A stretch of 53,609 nt of DNA from Pseudomonadota bacterium (GTDB taxonomy: Bacteria; Pseudomonadota; Gammaproteobacteria; Ga0077536): NCBI GenBank assembly GCA_039030125.1, contig JBCCEV010000001.1:1-53609 (forward strand). The letters run 5' to 3'. Shown one piece after another: positions 1-9,154 of the stretch (the first letter of the stretch is position 1; every line of letters starts with the position of its first letter). The notes under the pieces are model-generated. The model did not search any database and was not told where the DNA came from. It saw only the letters and a list, made by a program, of their open reading frames with translations. The position numbers were made by a program, and so were the translations under genes.

Positions 1-1
1 C

Positions 2-547
2 CTCGCCGGCGCCGACATCTACAAATATGTCGACAAGCGCGGCCGTGTCTTCCTGACCGATCGACCAGTCCATGACGGCTACAAACGCCTGGTTAAGACT
101 TGGAAGGGTTGGGCAGATCCGCAGGTTAATTACGCGGATACCAAACGCAATCGGGAGCGGTTTAAACCGACAATCGCGAACGCGGCTAAAGCCAGCAAAT
201 TACCGCCGGCTTTGCTACACGCGGTGATCACGGCCGAGTCGGCTTATGATCCCAATGCACTATCGCCGGCGGGTGCGGTGGGCTTGATGCAGCTCATGCC
301 AGCGACGGCACAACGTTATGGTGTCAGCAATCGTAAGGACCCGAAGGCTAATATCAGTGGTGGTACGCGTTACCTCGCAGATTTACTCGACCTTTTCGAT
401 GAGAACCTAGTGCTCGCGTTAGCCGCGTATAACGCGGGTGAGGGTGCCGTAATGCGCAACGGCAACAAGGTCCCGCCCTATCCCGAAACCCAGAACTACG
501 TTCGCAAGGTCCTCAAGTATTACAACGACTACAAGAAAGTCATGTGA
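2..547 (+). CDS. Lytic transglycosylase (DUF4124-like N-part + SLT domain); 5' end lies outside the window
   Basis: The frame of ORF 212..547 stays open back to base 2 (LAGADIYKYVDKRGRVFLTD...). SLT motifs are AESAYDPNALSPAGAVGLMQLMP and AAYNAGEG. Confidence 0.8.
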   Translation, partial: LAGADIYKYVDKRGRVFLTDRPVHDGYKRLVKTWKGWADPQVNYADTKRNRERFKPTIANAAKASKLPPALLHAVITAESAYDPNALSPAGAVGLMQLMPATAQRYGVSNRKDPKANISGGTRYLADLLDLFDENLVLALAAYNAGEGAVMRNGNKVPPYPETQNYVRKVLKYYNDYKKVM

Positions 548-1442
548 ACTTAGCGAGTTGTTCGTTTAGGAACTCGATCGTTAATCTGACTTTAAGCGGC
601 AGGTAGTTGCGGCTGGCATACAGCAGCCAGGCGGCGGTTTCAAAATCCGTGGCCGTGACTTGATAGTCAGGGAACAAGTCCACCAGCGACCCCTCTTCCA
701 GTTCTTTTTTGATCATCCAATCGGCCAGTAAACCTGGACCAACGCCTTGCAAAACGGTGGATTTCAAAGCGATCGCGTTTGAGATGATCAGCTTCCCTGT
801 GATCGGCACAATGATTTCTTTCTCACGTCCACGGCGGAAGTGCCATTGGGTATTGAACCCCTTAAACGGAAACCGCACGCAATTGAGTTTTGCGAGCGCA
901 GTGGGATGTTCGACTCGCTGTTGGCGCTCTAGAAACTCGGCGCTTGCGCAGACATGATGGCGCACCGGAAACAGACGCGCGCGAACGAAATCGCCGCCCG
1001 GTGCCGGGCCCAAACGGATCGCGATATCGATCTTCTCATGGACAAAATCAACGGGCTGATCGTCGAGCCGAAGATCAATATTGAGATCAGGGTAGCGAGC
1101 ACAGAACGTGCCTAGCAGGGGCGCGATGCATGCGACGCCGAAAGCGACCGAAGTTGAGACGCGCACGGTGCCGCTTGGATTCGCGCGCAGATCGAGTATG
1201 CGATTGGCCGCTTCATCCAACTCTTCGATAAGCGGTGCGACAAACTCGTAGTAGAGCAGGCCCGCCTCGGTCGGTTGGAAACGGCGCGTGGAGCGTTCGA
1301 ACAGGCGCACTCCGAGATCTTTTTCCAGCGCCGCGATTTGCCGTGATACTGAAGATGGGTCGATTTGTTGCCTCGCCGCGGCGGCTGTGAACCCGCCCGA
1401 GCGCACAGTTTCCACGAACAGCTTGAGTGTTGCGGTTTTCAT
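540..1442 (-). CDS. LysR-family transcriptional regulator
   Basis: 300 aa. N-terminal wHTH (FVETVRSGGFTAAAARQQIDPSSVSRQIAALEKDLGVRLFERSTRR) followed by a LysR substrate-binding-type domain. Divergent from the SDR gene. Confidence 0.9.
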   Translation of the reverse strand: MKTATLKLFVETVRSGGFTAAAARQQIDPSSVSRQIAALEKDLGVRLFERSTRRFQPTEAGLLYYEFVAPLIEELDEAANRILDLRANPSGTVRVSTSVAFGVACIAPLLGTFCARYPDLNIDLRLDDQPVDFVHEKIDIAIRLGPAPGGDFVRARLFPVRHHVCASAEFLERQQRVEHPTALAKLNCVRFPFKGFNTQWHFRRGREKEIIVPITGKLIISNAIALKSTVLQGVGPGLLADWMIKKELEEGSLVDLFPDYQVTATDFETAAWLLYASRNYLPLKVRLTIEFLNEQLAKFT

Positions 1443-1444
1443 TA

Positions 1445-1459
1445 ATGCAGTTTATGCAT
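1445..1459. promoter_or_regulatory. Candidate LysR operator (T-N11-A dyad ATGCA-N5-TGCAT)
   Basis: Perfect inverted repeat ATGCAgtttaTGCAT, 3 nt upstream of the LysR start codon, in the AT-rich divergent LysR/SDR intergenic region. It fits the generic T-N11-A LysR box. Confidence 0.45.
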
Positions 1460-1542
1460 AATTAAAATTCTATTTAAGGTATTAATAGCATTTATCACAA
1501 GCATTAAGTTCATTGTGAAATTGATGTCAGGAGGTGTAAGTC

Positions 1543-2259
1543 ATGAATGAGCCCGAGGCATTAGGCGGCAAGGTTGCTATCGTCACCGGCGCGAGCAGCG
1601 GTATCGGTGAGGCCACGGCGCGGCGGCTGCGCAGCTTGGGAATGAACGTGGTGATGTTCGCAAGGCGCGCTGAGCGCTTGAATGCGCTGCAGGCTGATCT
1701 TGGTGACGGTTGTTATCCCGTGATCGGTGACGTGAACGACGAGGCGGCGGTGAGTTCACTGATCCCTAAAGCACTGGAGGTGTTTGGGGCTTGCGATGTG
1801 GTCATCAACAACGCTGGCGCATTCGCCGCTGGCCCGACAGAAAAGCTCAATGCCGGTGAGGTTCGCCGCCTAGCTCGCACGAACGTGGAGTCTGCCTACC
1901 ACGTTGCCTTTGAAGCTATTTCGCATTTCAAAGCGCAAAGTCACGGTGACCTGATCAATGTTTCCAGCATTTCGGGAACTAAGGTCGCGCGTGCCGGTAT
2001 CGGTTGGTATGCCGGGACCAAACATGCCCTGGAAGCGCTCACTGAGAGTCTACGAATGGAAGTTGGGGGAACCGATGTACGGGTCAACTGTATCGAACCT
2101 GGAATGACGCAAACCGAGATCTTCGGTGAGCCCATCACCTCGATTGAAAATCCACTGCAGCCTGAGGATATTGCTGCGGTGATCGAGTCTGTCTTGCGCC
2201 AGCCGCGCCATGTGACGATCCCGCGGTTAATGATCCTGCCGAGCTCGCAGTCGATCTAA
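1543..2259 (+). CDS. Short-chain dehydrogenase/reductase (SDR) family oxidoreductase
   Basis: 238 aa. Motifs TGASSGIG (cofactor), NNAG, and the catalytic Y-x-x-x-K (YAGTK). AGGAGG lies 7-8 nt upstream of the ATG. Confidence 0.9.
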   Translation: MNEPEALGGKVAIVTGASSGIGEATARRLRSLGMNVVMFARRAERLNALQADLGDGCYPVIGDVNDEAAVSSLIPKALEVFGACDVVINNAGAFAAGPTEKLNAGEVRRLARTNVESAYHVAFEAISHFKAQSHGDLINVSSISGTKVARAGIGWYAGTKHALEALTESLRMEVGGTDVRVNCIEPGMTQTEIFGEPITSIENPLQPEDIAAVIESVLRQPRHVTIPRLMILPSSQSI

Positions 2260-2455
2260 GTCAAGATCCCCAGATCTGCGCCATCGCCTGCGGGAACTTG
2301 CCAAATAAGCCATCAGCATCAATTGGCCAGCCGGCAAGCGGGCCGGCCAAAGAAAGCTCGGGGCTCTGCGCGAAGTGCGACATTTTGTCGCATTCTCGTC
2401 ATTTCCCGCCTTCAGTAAACTCGCTCGCCATTGTTCGGAGCAAAGAATAAAGAAT

Positions 2456-3538
2456 ATGGCTCGTTTATTGATGGCCGTCCTTGCAACTTTAGTTAGCTAT
2501 CAGGCGCTAGCCGACGGCATGGCGGTAGGCAGCGACGGGATGATGGTGATGCGCCCCGATTCCCACGCCCCATTTGGCGTGATGGGCGATCACATGCATA
2601 AAAAGGGCGAATGGATGCTGTCCTACCGCTACATGTTTATGGACATGGAAGGTAATCGCATCGACGACAATAATGTCTCTCCCCAGACCATCGCGACGAC
2701 GGTCCCCAATCGGTTTTTCGGCCGGCCTGGTCAGCCATCGACGCTTCGCGTCGTACCCACTGAAATGACCATGGAGATGCATATGTTCGGCGGCATGTAC
2801 GCGCCGAGCGACTTCGTAACGCTGATGGTCATGGGCATGCACGTCGAGAAAGAAATGGATCATTTAACGTTTATGGGCGGCATGGGTACTAACGTGCTCG
2901 GCGGATTTACAACCGAATCCTCAGGGATCGGCGATACCAGCGTGGTCGGTCTTTTTCGAACCTTGGATACGCCGAATCACAAGGTGAATGTGAAGTTTGG
3001 TGGCAGTATCCCGACCGGTTCGACCGAGGAACGCGACACCATCCTCACGCCAATGGGAGCAACTCCGACACCGCGGATGCCCTACGCGATGCAACTCGGC
3101 AGCGGGACCTTTGATCTACTCCCCGGTGCCACTTATTCGGGCCATCGCCATGATTTCGGCTGGGGCGCGCAATACGCAGGAACGATTCGCACCGGCGATG
3201 ACAACGGGTATAGCTGGGGTGATAAACATGAACTGACCGGCTGGGCGAGCTATCAACCACTGAGCAACGTTAGTGTGTCGGTCCGCCTCGCTTATCAAAC
3301 CATGGGTAACATCGACGGGATGGATCCGATGATTGTAGCGCCGGTGCAGACCGCCGACCCCGACAATTATGGCGGCGAACGCTTGGATTTGTTATTCGGT
3401 ATCAACATCGGTTCGATCCCGAAGCTGAACGGCCTGCGATTCGCGTTCGAAGGTGGGATCCCCGTGATGCAAGATCTGAACGGTCCGCAAATGGAGACCG
3501 ACTTTGTCTTAACGGCGGGCGCGCAGTTCGCTTTCTAG
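2456..3538 (+). CDS. Outer-membrane beta-barrel protein, Met/His-rich (transporter / MetA-pathway-like family)
   Basis: I chose the internal ATG at 2456, which gives the signal peptide MARLLMAVLATLVSYQALA. The C-terminus ...TAGAQFAF ends in Phe, an OMP beta-signal. Alternating-hydrophobic strands are present. Dense Met/His clusters occur in the N-terminal third. Confidence 0.6.
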   Translation: MARLLMAVLATLVSYQALADGMAVGSDGMMVMRPDSHAPFGVMGDHMHKKGEWMLSYRYMFMDMEGNRIDDNNVSPQTIATTVPNRFFGRPGQPSTLRVVPTEMTMEMHMFGGMYAPSDFVTLMVMGMHVEKEMDHLTFMGGMGTNVLGGFTTESSGIGDTSVVGLFRTLDTPNHKVNVKFGGSIPTGSTEERDTILTPMGATPTPRMPYAMQLGSGTFDLLPGATYSGHRHDFGWGAQYAGTIRTGDDNGYSWGDKHELTGWASYQPLSNVSVSVRLAYQTMGNIDGMDPMIVAPVQTADPDNYGGERLDLLFGINIGSIPKLNGLRFAFEGGIPVMQDLNGPQMETDFVLTAGAQFAF

Positions 3539-3542
3539 GCGA

Positions 3543-3986
3543 TCAGCTTGCGTTCGTAACGTATTCCAGAATCTCCACGACCTGCCCAGGTGTTTGGGCC
3601 CACGCCATGGCTGCGGCGTCTACTTCCTTGAGCGCGTGAATGATGTTCTCGTCGTGGAGTGTGATGTAGGGTTTACCGATCGCGGCGCAATATCCGGCAT
3701 CAAACGCGGCGTTCCATTGTTTGTATTTATCGCCAAAGCGCACCACCGCGATATCGCACTTGTCGAGGAGCGTGCGGGTACGGATACCGTTGACTTTTGA
3801 GGACTTGTGGTCGCGCCAGAATGCTTCGGCTTCCACGCCTAGCAGATCACCGGCGGCATCGCTGGCGGCGTGATCGGTAACCGCCGAAGAAAAAGAGACC
3901 GGCAATTCCCTCTCTTTGGCGCCGCTGGCGAGCTGATCTCGCCAATCAGTATGGATTTCCCCGGAAAGATAAACAGTCCAATTCAT
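3543..3986 (-). CDS. YtoQ-family protein (nucleoside 2-deoxyribosyltransferase-like fold)
   Basis: Starts MNWTVYLSGEIHTDWR...; resemblance to the YtoQ family is from memory. Start moved to the second Met of ORF 3543..3998. Confidence 0.65.
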   Translation of the reverse strand: MNWTVYLSGEIHTDWRDQLASGAKERELPVSFSSAVTDHAASDAAGDLLGVEAEAFWRDHKSSKVNGIRTRTLLDKCDIAVVRFGDKYKQWNAAFDAGYCAAIGKPYITLHDENIIHALKEVDAAAMAWAQTPGQVVEILEYVTNAS

Positions 3987-4025
3987 GAAAGTTCCCATTT
4001 AGGTAGATTGATTGGGATCAATTGA

Positions 4026-4631
4026 TCAAGCGCTTGCGCTGGGCCGCAAGGAAAAGTCCCGCTCCCAGCGGGCAAGATTTTTGAGGCCCTCGGGTACACC
4101 GGGTCCATACTTTCTGACGAAGCCCACCGTTGCGAAAAGCGTGCAATCGGCGATGGATAACTGATCCCCGGCGACGAAGGAGCGGCCCGCAATTTCGGAA
4201 TCCATAAGGGTCAGTTTCTTATTCATCATTAGGCGCGCCATTTCCGCGCCTTCAGAGGACTGTGGTCCTAGTGATTCGAAGAAAGGATGTGAGTGATGCA
4301 CATAGTTGGCACACTCCATCAGGATCCCGAGCTCGGCTAGGCGATCGAGTTGTTGGATCCTGGCACGCTCGATCGGCGTCGAACCGATCATTGCTGGCTC
4401 CGGATGCAGTGCTTCTAAATACTCGATGATGACCAGCGACTCACGAATGATTTCCCCATTATCCAATTCCAGAAAGGGAACCTGGGCCAGCGGATTTTTC
4501 GCGAGCATCTCTGGCTTATGCAACTCACCTTCAAGCACCGCGACGGGTACGCAATTGAGCTCGATGCCTTTTTCCGCTGCGTATATCCGTACCTTCTGAG
4601 GATTGGGCGCGTCGAAATCATAGAATTTCAA
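4026..4631 (-). CDS. Glutathione S-transferase family protein
   Basis: 201 aa. Thioredoxin-like N-domain (NPLAQVPFLELDNGEIIRESLVIIEYL) plus a helical C-domain. TTG start preceded by AGGAG with a 7-nt spacer. Confidence 0.85.
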   Translation of the reverse strand: MKFYDFDAPNPQKVRIYAAEKGIELNCVPVAVLEGELHKPEMLAKNPLAQVPFLELDNGEIIRESLVIIEYLEALHPEPAMIGSTPIERARIQQLDRLAELGILMECANYVHHSHPFFESLGPQSSEGAEMARLMMNKKLTLMDSEIAGRSFVAGDQLSIADCTLFATVGFVRKYGPGVPEGLKNLARWERDFSLRPSASA

Positions 4632-4654
4632 TTCGGATCTCCTGCAAAAAACGC

Positions 4655-4966
4655 CTAACGTTCCTTAGCCGGAATATCTCTAAGGCGAGCAACGAAACTG
4701 GCGATTTCACCTTTTTCATAACCGAGGTGCTTACGCTCCTGGGACGCCGGTTGGGAATCAAGGCTAACCCCGTCGCGGCGCGCTGTTTTGGGTCTGATCG
4801 GTCGCGGCACGAACCCGCCTCCGCAATTCGGACAAACATTACTCAATTTCCACTCGGCGCAATCAGCGCAGAAGGTGCATTCGTAAGAGCAGATCCGCGC
4901 GTCGGTTGCTGCCGGTGGCAAGTCCTTATCACAGTACTCGCAGTTTGGTCGCAGTTCGAGCGCCAT
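4655..4966 (-). CDS. DUF1272-type Cys-rich (zinc-ribbon-like) protein
   Basis: 103 aa with CEYC...CSYECTFCADC...CPNCGG cysteine pairs. Its start codon directly abuts the ilvD stop. Confidence 0.7.
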   Translation of the reverse strand: MALELRPNCEYCDKDLPPAATDARICSYECTFCADCAEWKLSNVCPNCGGGFVPRPIRPKTARRDGVSLDSQPASQERKHLGYEKGEIASFVARLRDIPAKER

Positions 4967-6646
4967 CTATTCGTCCGTAACGCAGCCTTGGGAGGCATTC
5001 TTAACAGCCTTGATGTACTTGTAGAGGGTGCCGCGCTCAGCTTTGTAGGGCGGCATCGTCCAGGCCTCACGCCGCGCCGCCAGCTCTTCGTCGCTAACAT
5101 CGACCGCGATCAAATTCTGATCGGCATCGATAGTGATCACCTCACCGTCCTTAACCAGGGCGACTGGTCCGCCTTCCTGTGCTTCGGGTACCACGTGGCC
5201 AACGATAAAACCGTGCGAGCCGCCCGAGAAACGACCGTCAGTGATCAGGGCCACGTGTTCACCCAGGCCGGCGCCCATGATCGCCGAGGTTGGGGTGAGC
5301 ATTTCCGGCATCCCAGGGCCCCCTTTAGGTCCCTCGAAACGGATGATCACAACATCACCTTTTTGGATCTTGCCGTCTTCGAGGCCCGCCAACATGTCTT
5401 CTTCGGAATCGAATACTCGCGCCGGCCCACGAAAAACCAGCCCTTCTTTGCCGGTAATTTTTGCGACCGCGCCGCCAGGAGCAAGGTTGCCCTTGAGGAT
5501 CTGAATATGACCGCTGGGTTTGATCGGGTTGTTCATCGGGCGAATGACATCTTGGCCATCTTTTAGCGGATCGAGATTTGCCAGATTCTCAGCGAGAGTT
5601 TTACCGGTCACGGTCATGCAATCGCCGTTGATGAGATTTTCTTCCATCAGCATTTTCAGCACCGCGGGAACGCCGCCGACGTGATAGAGGTCTTCCATCA
5701 CGTACTGACCGCTGGGTTTGAGATCGGCTAAAAACGGCACGCGGTCGCTTACGCTCTGGAAATCGTCGATGGTTAGATCGACCTCTACCGCGCGCGCCAT
5801 CGCAATCAGATGCAAAACCGCATTGGTGCTGCCCCCCAGAGCGCTGATGATCACCATCGCGTTCTCAAAGGCATCACGCGTCATGATGTCGCGTGGCTTG
5901 ATGTCTTGTTCGAGAAGGTGGCGCACGGCTTTTCCCGCTTCGCGACACTCCTTTATTTTGGCCTCATCGACGGCCGGGATGGATGAGGAGTAGGGCAACG
6001 ACATGCCCATCGCTTCAATGGCCGATGCCATGGTGTTAGCGGTGTACATCCCGCCGCAGGCGCCAGCCCCGGGGCAGGCGTTCTTAACGATATCGAGCCG
6101 CTCGGAATCGTCGATCGCGCCAGTTATAAACGCGCCGTAACTTTGAAAAGCCGAAACGATATCGACCGGTTTACCGCGCGAATAACCGGGTTTGATAGTC
6201 CCGCCATAAACCATTAGTGCGGGACGGTTGAGGCGTCCCATCGCAATCAAGCAGCCAGGCATATTCTTGTCGCAGCCCGGGATCGAGACGTTCGCGTCAT
6301 ACCATTGGCCGCCCATTATGGTTTCAATCGAATCGGCGATGAGATCGCGCGATTGCAGCGAAAAGCTCATCCCACGGGTGCCCATGGAAATGGCGTCGCT
6401 GACACCGATGGTATTGAACCGCATACCGACCAAGCCGGCTTCTTCGACGCCTTGTTTAACAGCGTCGGCCAAGGCCAGCAGGTGCATATTGCAGGGGTTG
6501 CCCTCGTACCAGACGCTGCCGATCCCCACTTGGGCTTTTTGCAGATCATCGTCAGTCAGTCCGGTCGCATAAAGCATGGCCTGGGAAGCACCCTGGGCCG
6601 GCGGCTGCGTCACCCGCTGGCTGACGGAATTGAGCTTGTCGGTCAT
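4967..6646 (-). CDS. ilvD: Dihydroxy-acid dehydratase
   Basis: 559 aa, IlvD/Edd family throughout. Contains the [10 protein letters not shown] Fe-S motif. GGAGAA RBS upstream of the ATG. Confidence 0.95.
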   Translation of the reverse strand: MTDKLNSVSQRVTQPPAQGASQAMLYATGLTDDDLQKAQVGIGSVWYEGNPCNMHLLALADAVKQGVEEAGLVGMRFNTIGVSDAISMGTRGMSFSLQSRDLIADSIETIMGGQWYDANVSIPGCDKNMPGCLIAMGRLNRPALMVYGGTIKPGYSRGKPVDIVSAFQSYGAFITGAIDDSERLDIVKNACPGAGACGGMYTANTMASAIEAMGMSLPYSSSIPAVDEAKIKECREAGKAVRHLLEQDIKPRDIMTRDAFENAMVIISALGGSTNAVLHLIAMARAVEVDLTIDDFQSVSDRVPFLADLKPSGQYVMEDLYHVGGVPAVLKMLMEENLINGDCMTVTGKTLAENLANLDPLKDGQDVIRPMNNPIKPSGHIQILKGNLAPGGAVAKITGKEGLVFRGPARVFDSEEDMLAGLEDGKIQKGDVVIIRFEGPKGGPGMPEMLTPTSAIMGAGLGEHVALITDGRFSGGSHGFIVGHVVPEAQEGGPVALVKDGEVITIDADQNLIAVDVSDEELAARREAWTMPPYKAERGTLYKYIKAVKNASQGCVTDE

Positions 6647-6702
6647 TTTCTTCTCCGCAGGTTCACACCCGCGCCTACTTGGGTAGTTGATGCGATTGGC
6701 GC

Positions 6703-6730
6703 ATTATAAGTCAGCGTTTTCAGTTGATAC
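6703..6730 (-). promoter_or_regulatory. Candidate sigma70 promoter for ilvD
   Basis: Minus strand: perfect -10 TATAAT (6708..6703). A weak -35 GTATCA (6730..6725) sits at a 16-nt spacing. The site is about 55 nt upstream of the ilvD ATG. Confidence 0.4.
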
Positions 6731-6791
6731 TGTTTTTACAACAACAATTTGGTTGGCGCCGATAGAATGCGCGCCCGCTGTAGATTGATCC

Positions 6792-7937
6792 ATGGCCGTG
6801 AATACGAAAGCGTTTATCAAACAAGGTCTCTCGGAACTCGTCGCGATACCGAGCGTGAGCAGCATTAATGATATCGACGATATGAGTAATATCGGCGTCG
6901 TTGATTTATTGGCGGATAAGTTTGAAGGTGCCGGATTTCGCATTGAAACGATGCTGCTCGACAGTGCGCGAGAGAAGAAGAATTTGATCGCGCGGGTGGG
7001 GGACGGTGAGGGCGGTCTCGTATTATCCGGGCACACTGATACGGTCCCCTACAACGCAGAGCTGTGGGATTCTGATCCCTTCGTGATCGACGAACGCGAC
7101 AACCGCTGGTACGGGCTGGGTGCCGCCGATATGAAATGCTTTTTCCCGATCATCGAGGCCGCGATTGCGAAAATTGATTTAAATGGGCTGTCGGCACCAC
7201 TAACCATTGTTGCTACGGCCGATGAAGAAAGCACGATGAACGGCGCTCGTTTATTTGAGCGAAAGCTCGGTGATTTTGCCGTTATTGGTGAGCCCACGAG
7301 CCTTAATCCGATCGCTTTGCACAAGGGCATCATGGTTGGTCAGATCACGATTGTTGGTCGAAGCGGGCATTCCAGCATGCCGCATTTGGGGCTCAATGCG
7401 ATCGATGTCATGCACCAATTGATTAACGAACTTAAAATTTGGCGCGAAGCTCTGCCGCAACGCTTCGATAACGATGCCTTTGAGTTACCAATTCCGACGA
7501 TGAATTTTGGGCGTATTGAAGGCGGTGACAGCCCCAACCGGATCTGCGCAAGCTGTGCGCTAAGCTTCGATGTGCGTTTACTGCCTGGTATGAATATTGC
7601 CGATATTGAGGCAGAGCTTCGCGATCTAGTTGACCAAATAATCGCGTCCTCAGGCGCTAGCGGCGGGCTCGAAATGGTGATCCCGCCGATCGCAGGAATG
7701 CAAACGTCTGAGGTCTCGCCGGTCGTGCGCGCGGCCTGCGATCTCACCGGCAGGGCAGCAAAGAGCGTCGCGTTCGCAACCGAGGGTGGGTTCTTCAATG
7801 CATTAGGCATGCAAACCGTTGTGTGTGGGGCCGGCGCCATCGAAGTCGCTCATCAACCCAATGAATATGTTCCCGTCGCTGATGCCATTAAGATGGTCGC
7901 TGTGGTTGAAGGGTTAATCCATAGGTTCTGCACGTGA
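6792..7937 (+). CDS. argE: Acetylornithine deacetylase (M20 peptidase family)
   Basis: 381 aa. M20 metal motifs SGHTDTVP and TADEES. Its stop overlaps the argA start (GTGA). Confidence 0.75.
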   Translation: MAVNTKAFIKQGLSELVAIPSVSSINDIDDMSNIGVVDLLADKFEGAGFRIETMLLDSAREKKNLIARVGDGEGGLVLSGHTDTVPYNAELWDSDPFVIDERDNRWYGLGAADMKCFFPIIEAAIAKIDLNGLSAPLTIVATADEESTMNGARLFERKLGDFAVIGEPTSLNPIALHKGIMVGQITIVGRSGHSSMPHLGLNAIDVMHQLINELKIWREALPQRFDNDAFELPIPTMNFGRIEGGDSPNRICASCALSFDVRLLPGMNIADIEAELRDLVDQIIASSGASGGLEMVIPPIAGMQTSEVSPVVRAACDLTGRAAKSVAFATEGGFFNALGMQTVVCGAGAIEVAHQPNEYVPVADAIKMVAVVEGLIHRFCT

Positions 7938-9154
7938 GTAGCGAACAAGATATCGTTGCGTGGTTGAGGGAGGCGACGCCCTATTTTCAGCGGCACCGTG
8001 ACCGCACCTTCGTGGTCTACATCGATGGCGCGCCGGGTGAAACGCTCGATGACGCGATCAGGGATTTGGTTCTAATGAGCAGCGTTGGGGTCAGGCTGGT
8101 GCTTGTATTTGGCATTGGCGATGTGGCCCAAGGCCCGATAGACGAGACCAGCATCAAGCAGATCACAGCCGAAGCCGGTGGGCGTTGTCTCGAGTTCGAG
8201 GCCTTGTTTGGCGCTAGTTCTCAGTACGCCGTTCGCGTGGTGAGCGGCAACTATGTCAAAGCACAACCCAAGGGTGTGATCAGTGGTGTTGATCTGGGGC
8301 ACGCGGGGAATGTTCGACGGATTGACGCGGTAGGTATCAATGGCCATCTTGGCGACGGCGGTGTCGTCCTCATCCCACCAGTGGGCCATTCATCCACCGG
8401 CGAGCTTTTTACGCTGGAACCATTAGCACTGGCGCAGAATGTTGCTGTTGCTATCAACGCTGACAAACTTATTTTGCTCGCGGGTGCGATTCCTCACGAC
8501 GCTGATGGCACGCTCATTCGACAGCTAACCGTGCGTGAGGCGCGAGAATACTTGGCGCAACATGATGATGCGTACCTGGCAACGGCGGTCGACGCTTGCG
8601 CGTCTGGAGTAGCGAGAACTCATATCGTTGCAGGCCAGGAATCAGGTTCGATGTTGCGAGAGCTCTTTACTCGCGATGGCGCCGGTACGTTGGTGAGTAA
8701 TGTTCCTTTCGATCAGCTAAGGCGCGCCTCGAGTGACGATGTCGCTGGAATTCTCGATATCATTCGCCCGTTAGAAGATGACGGTATTCTGGTGCGCAGG
8801 CCCCGCGAGAAACTCGAAGCGGAAATTGAGAACTTCTTCGTCGTCGTTCGGGACGATACGGTCTGTGCCTGCGGTGCTCTGTATCCGCTAGCTGACGAGG
8901 ATGCGGCCGAAATCGCTTGTATCGCCGTGCATCCCGACTATCGTGGTTCAGGTTTCGGTGACTTATTGATGGACGCAATTGAAAGTGAGGCAGCCACCAG
9001 CGCCACCAAAAATCTGTTTGTGCTGACAACACAGTCCGAACAATGGTTCAAAGAACGCGGCTTTGAAGGTGTTGATGTGGCTGACTTACCCGTCAAGAAG
9101 CAGGTGGTTTACAACTATCAACGCGGTTCCAAGGTTCTTCGCAAAGTCAGCTAG
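7934..9154 (+). CDS. argA: Amino-acid N-acetyltransferase (N-acetylglutamate synthase), short form
   Basis: 406 aa. Amino-acid-kinase-like N-domain plus a GNAT C-domain. ILVRRPREKLEAEIENF and AVHPDYRGSGFG closely resemble E. coli ArgA as I recall it. GTG start. Confidence 0.85.
   Translation: MSSEQDIVAWLREATPYFQRHRDRTFVVYIDGAPGETLDDAIRDLVLMSSVGVRLVLVFGIGDVAQGPIDETSIKQITAEAGGRCLEFEALFGASSQYAVRVVSGNYVKAQPKGVISGVDLGHAGNVRRIDAVGINGHLGDGGVVLIPPVGHSSTGELFTLEPLALAQNVAVAINADKLILLAGAIPHDADGTLIRQLTVREAREYLAQHDDAYLATAVDACASGVARTHIVAGQESGSMLRELFTRDGAGTLVSNVPFDQLRRASSDDVAGILDIIRPLEDDGILVRRPREKLEAEIENFFVVVRDDTVCACGALYPLADEDAAEIACIAVHPDYRGSGFGDLLMDAIESEAATSATKNLFVLTTQSEQWFKERGFEGVDVADLPVKKQVVYNYQRGSKVLRKVS

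Noticed and set aside
2323-2350. A GC-rich hairpin, TTGGCCaGCC...GGCcGGCCAA (~10 bp with one mismatch), 64 nt after the SDR stop.
   Set aside because: No U-tract follows, so it is not a convincing intrinsic terminator. I saw no second copy in the window to support a REP-type repeat.
4727-5566. A 279-aa plus-strand ORF.
   Set aside because: It lies entirely antisense to the highly conserved ilvD coding sequence. Its Arg/Ala-rich composition is typical of shadow ORFs in GC-rich genes.
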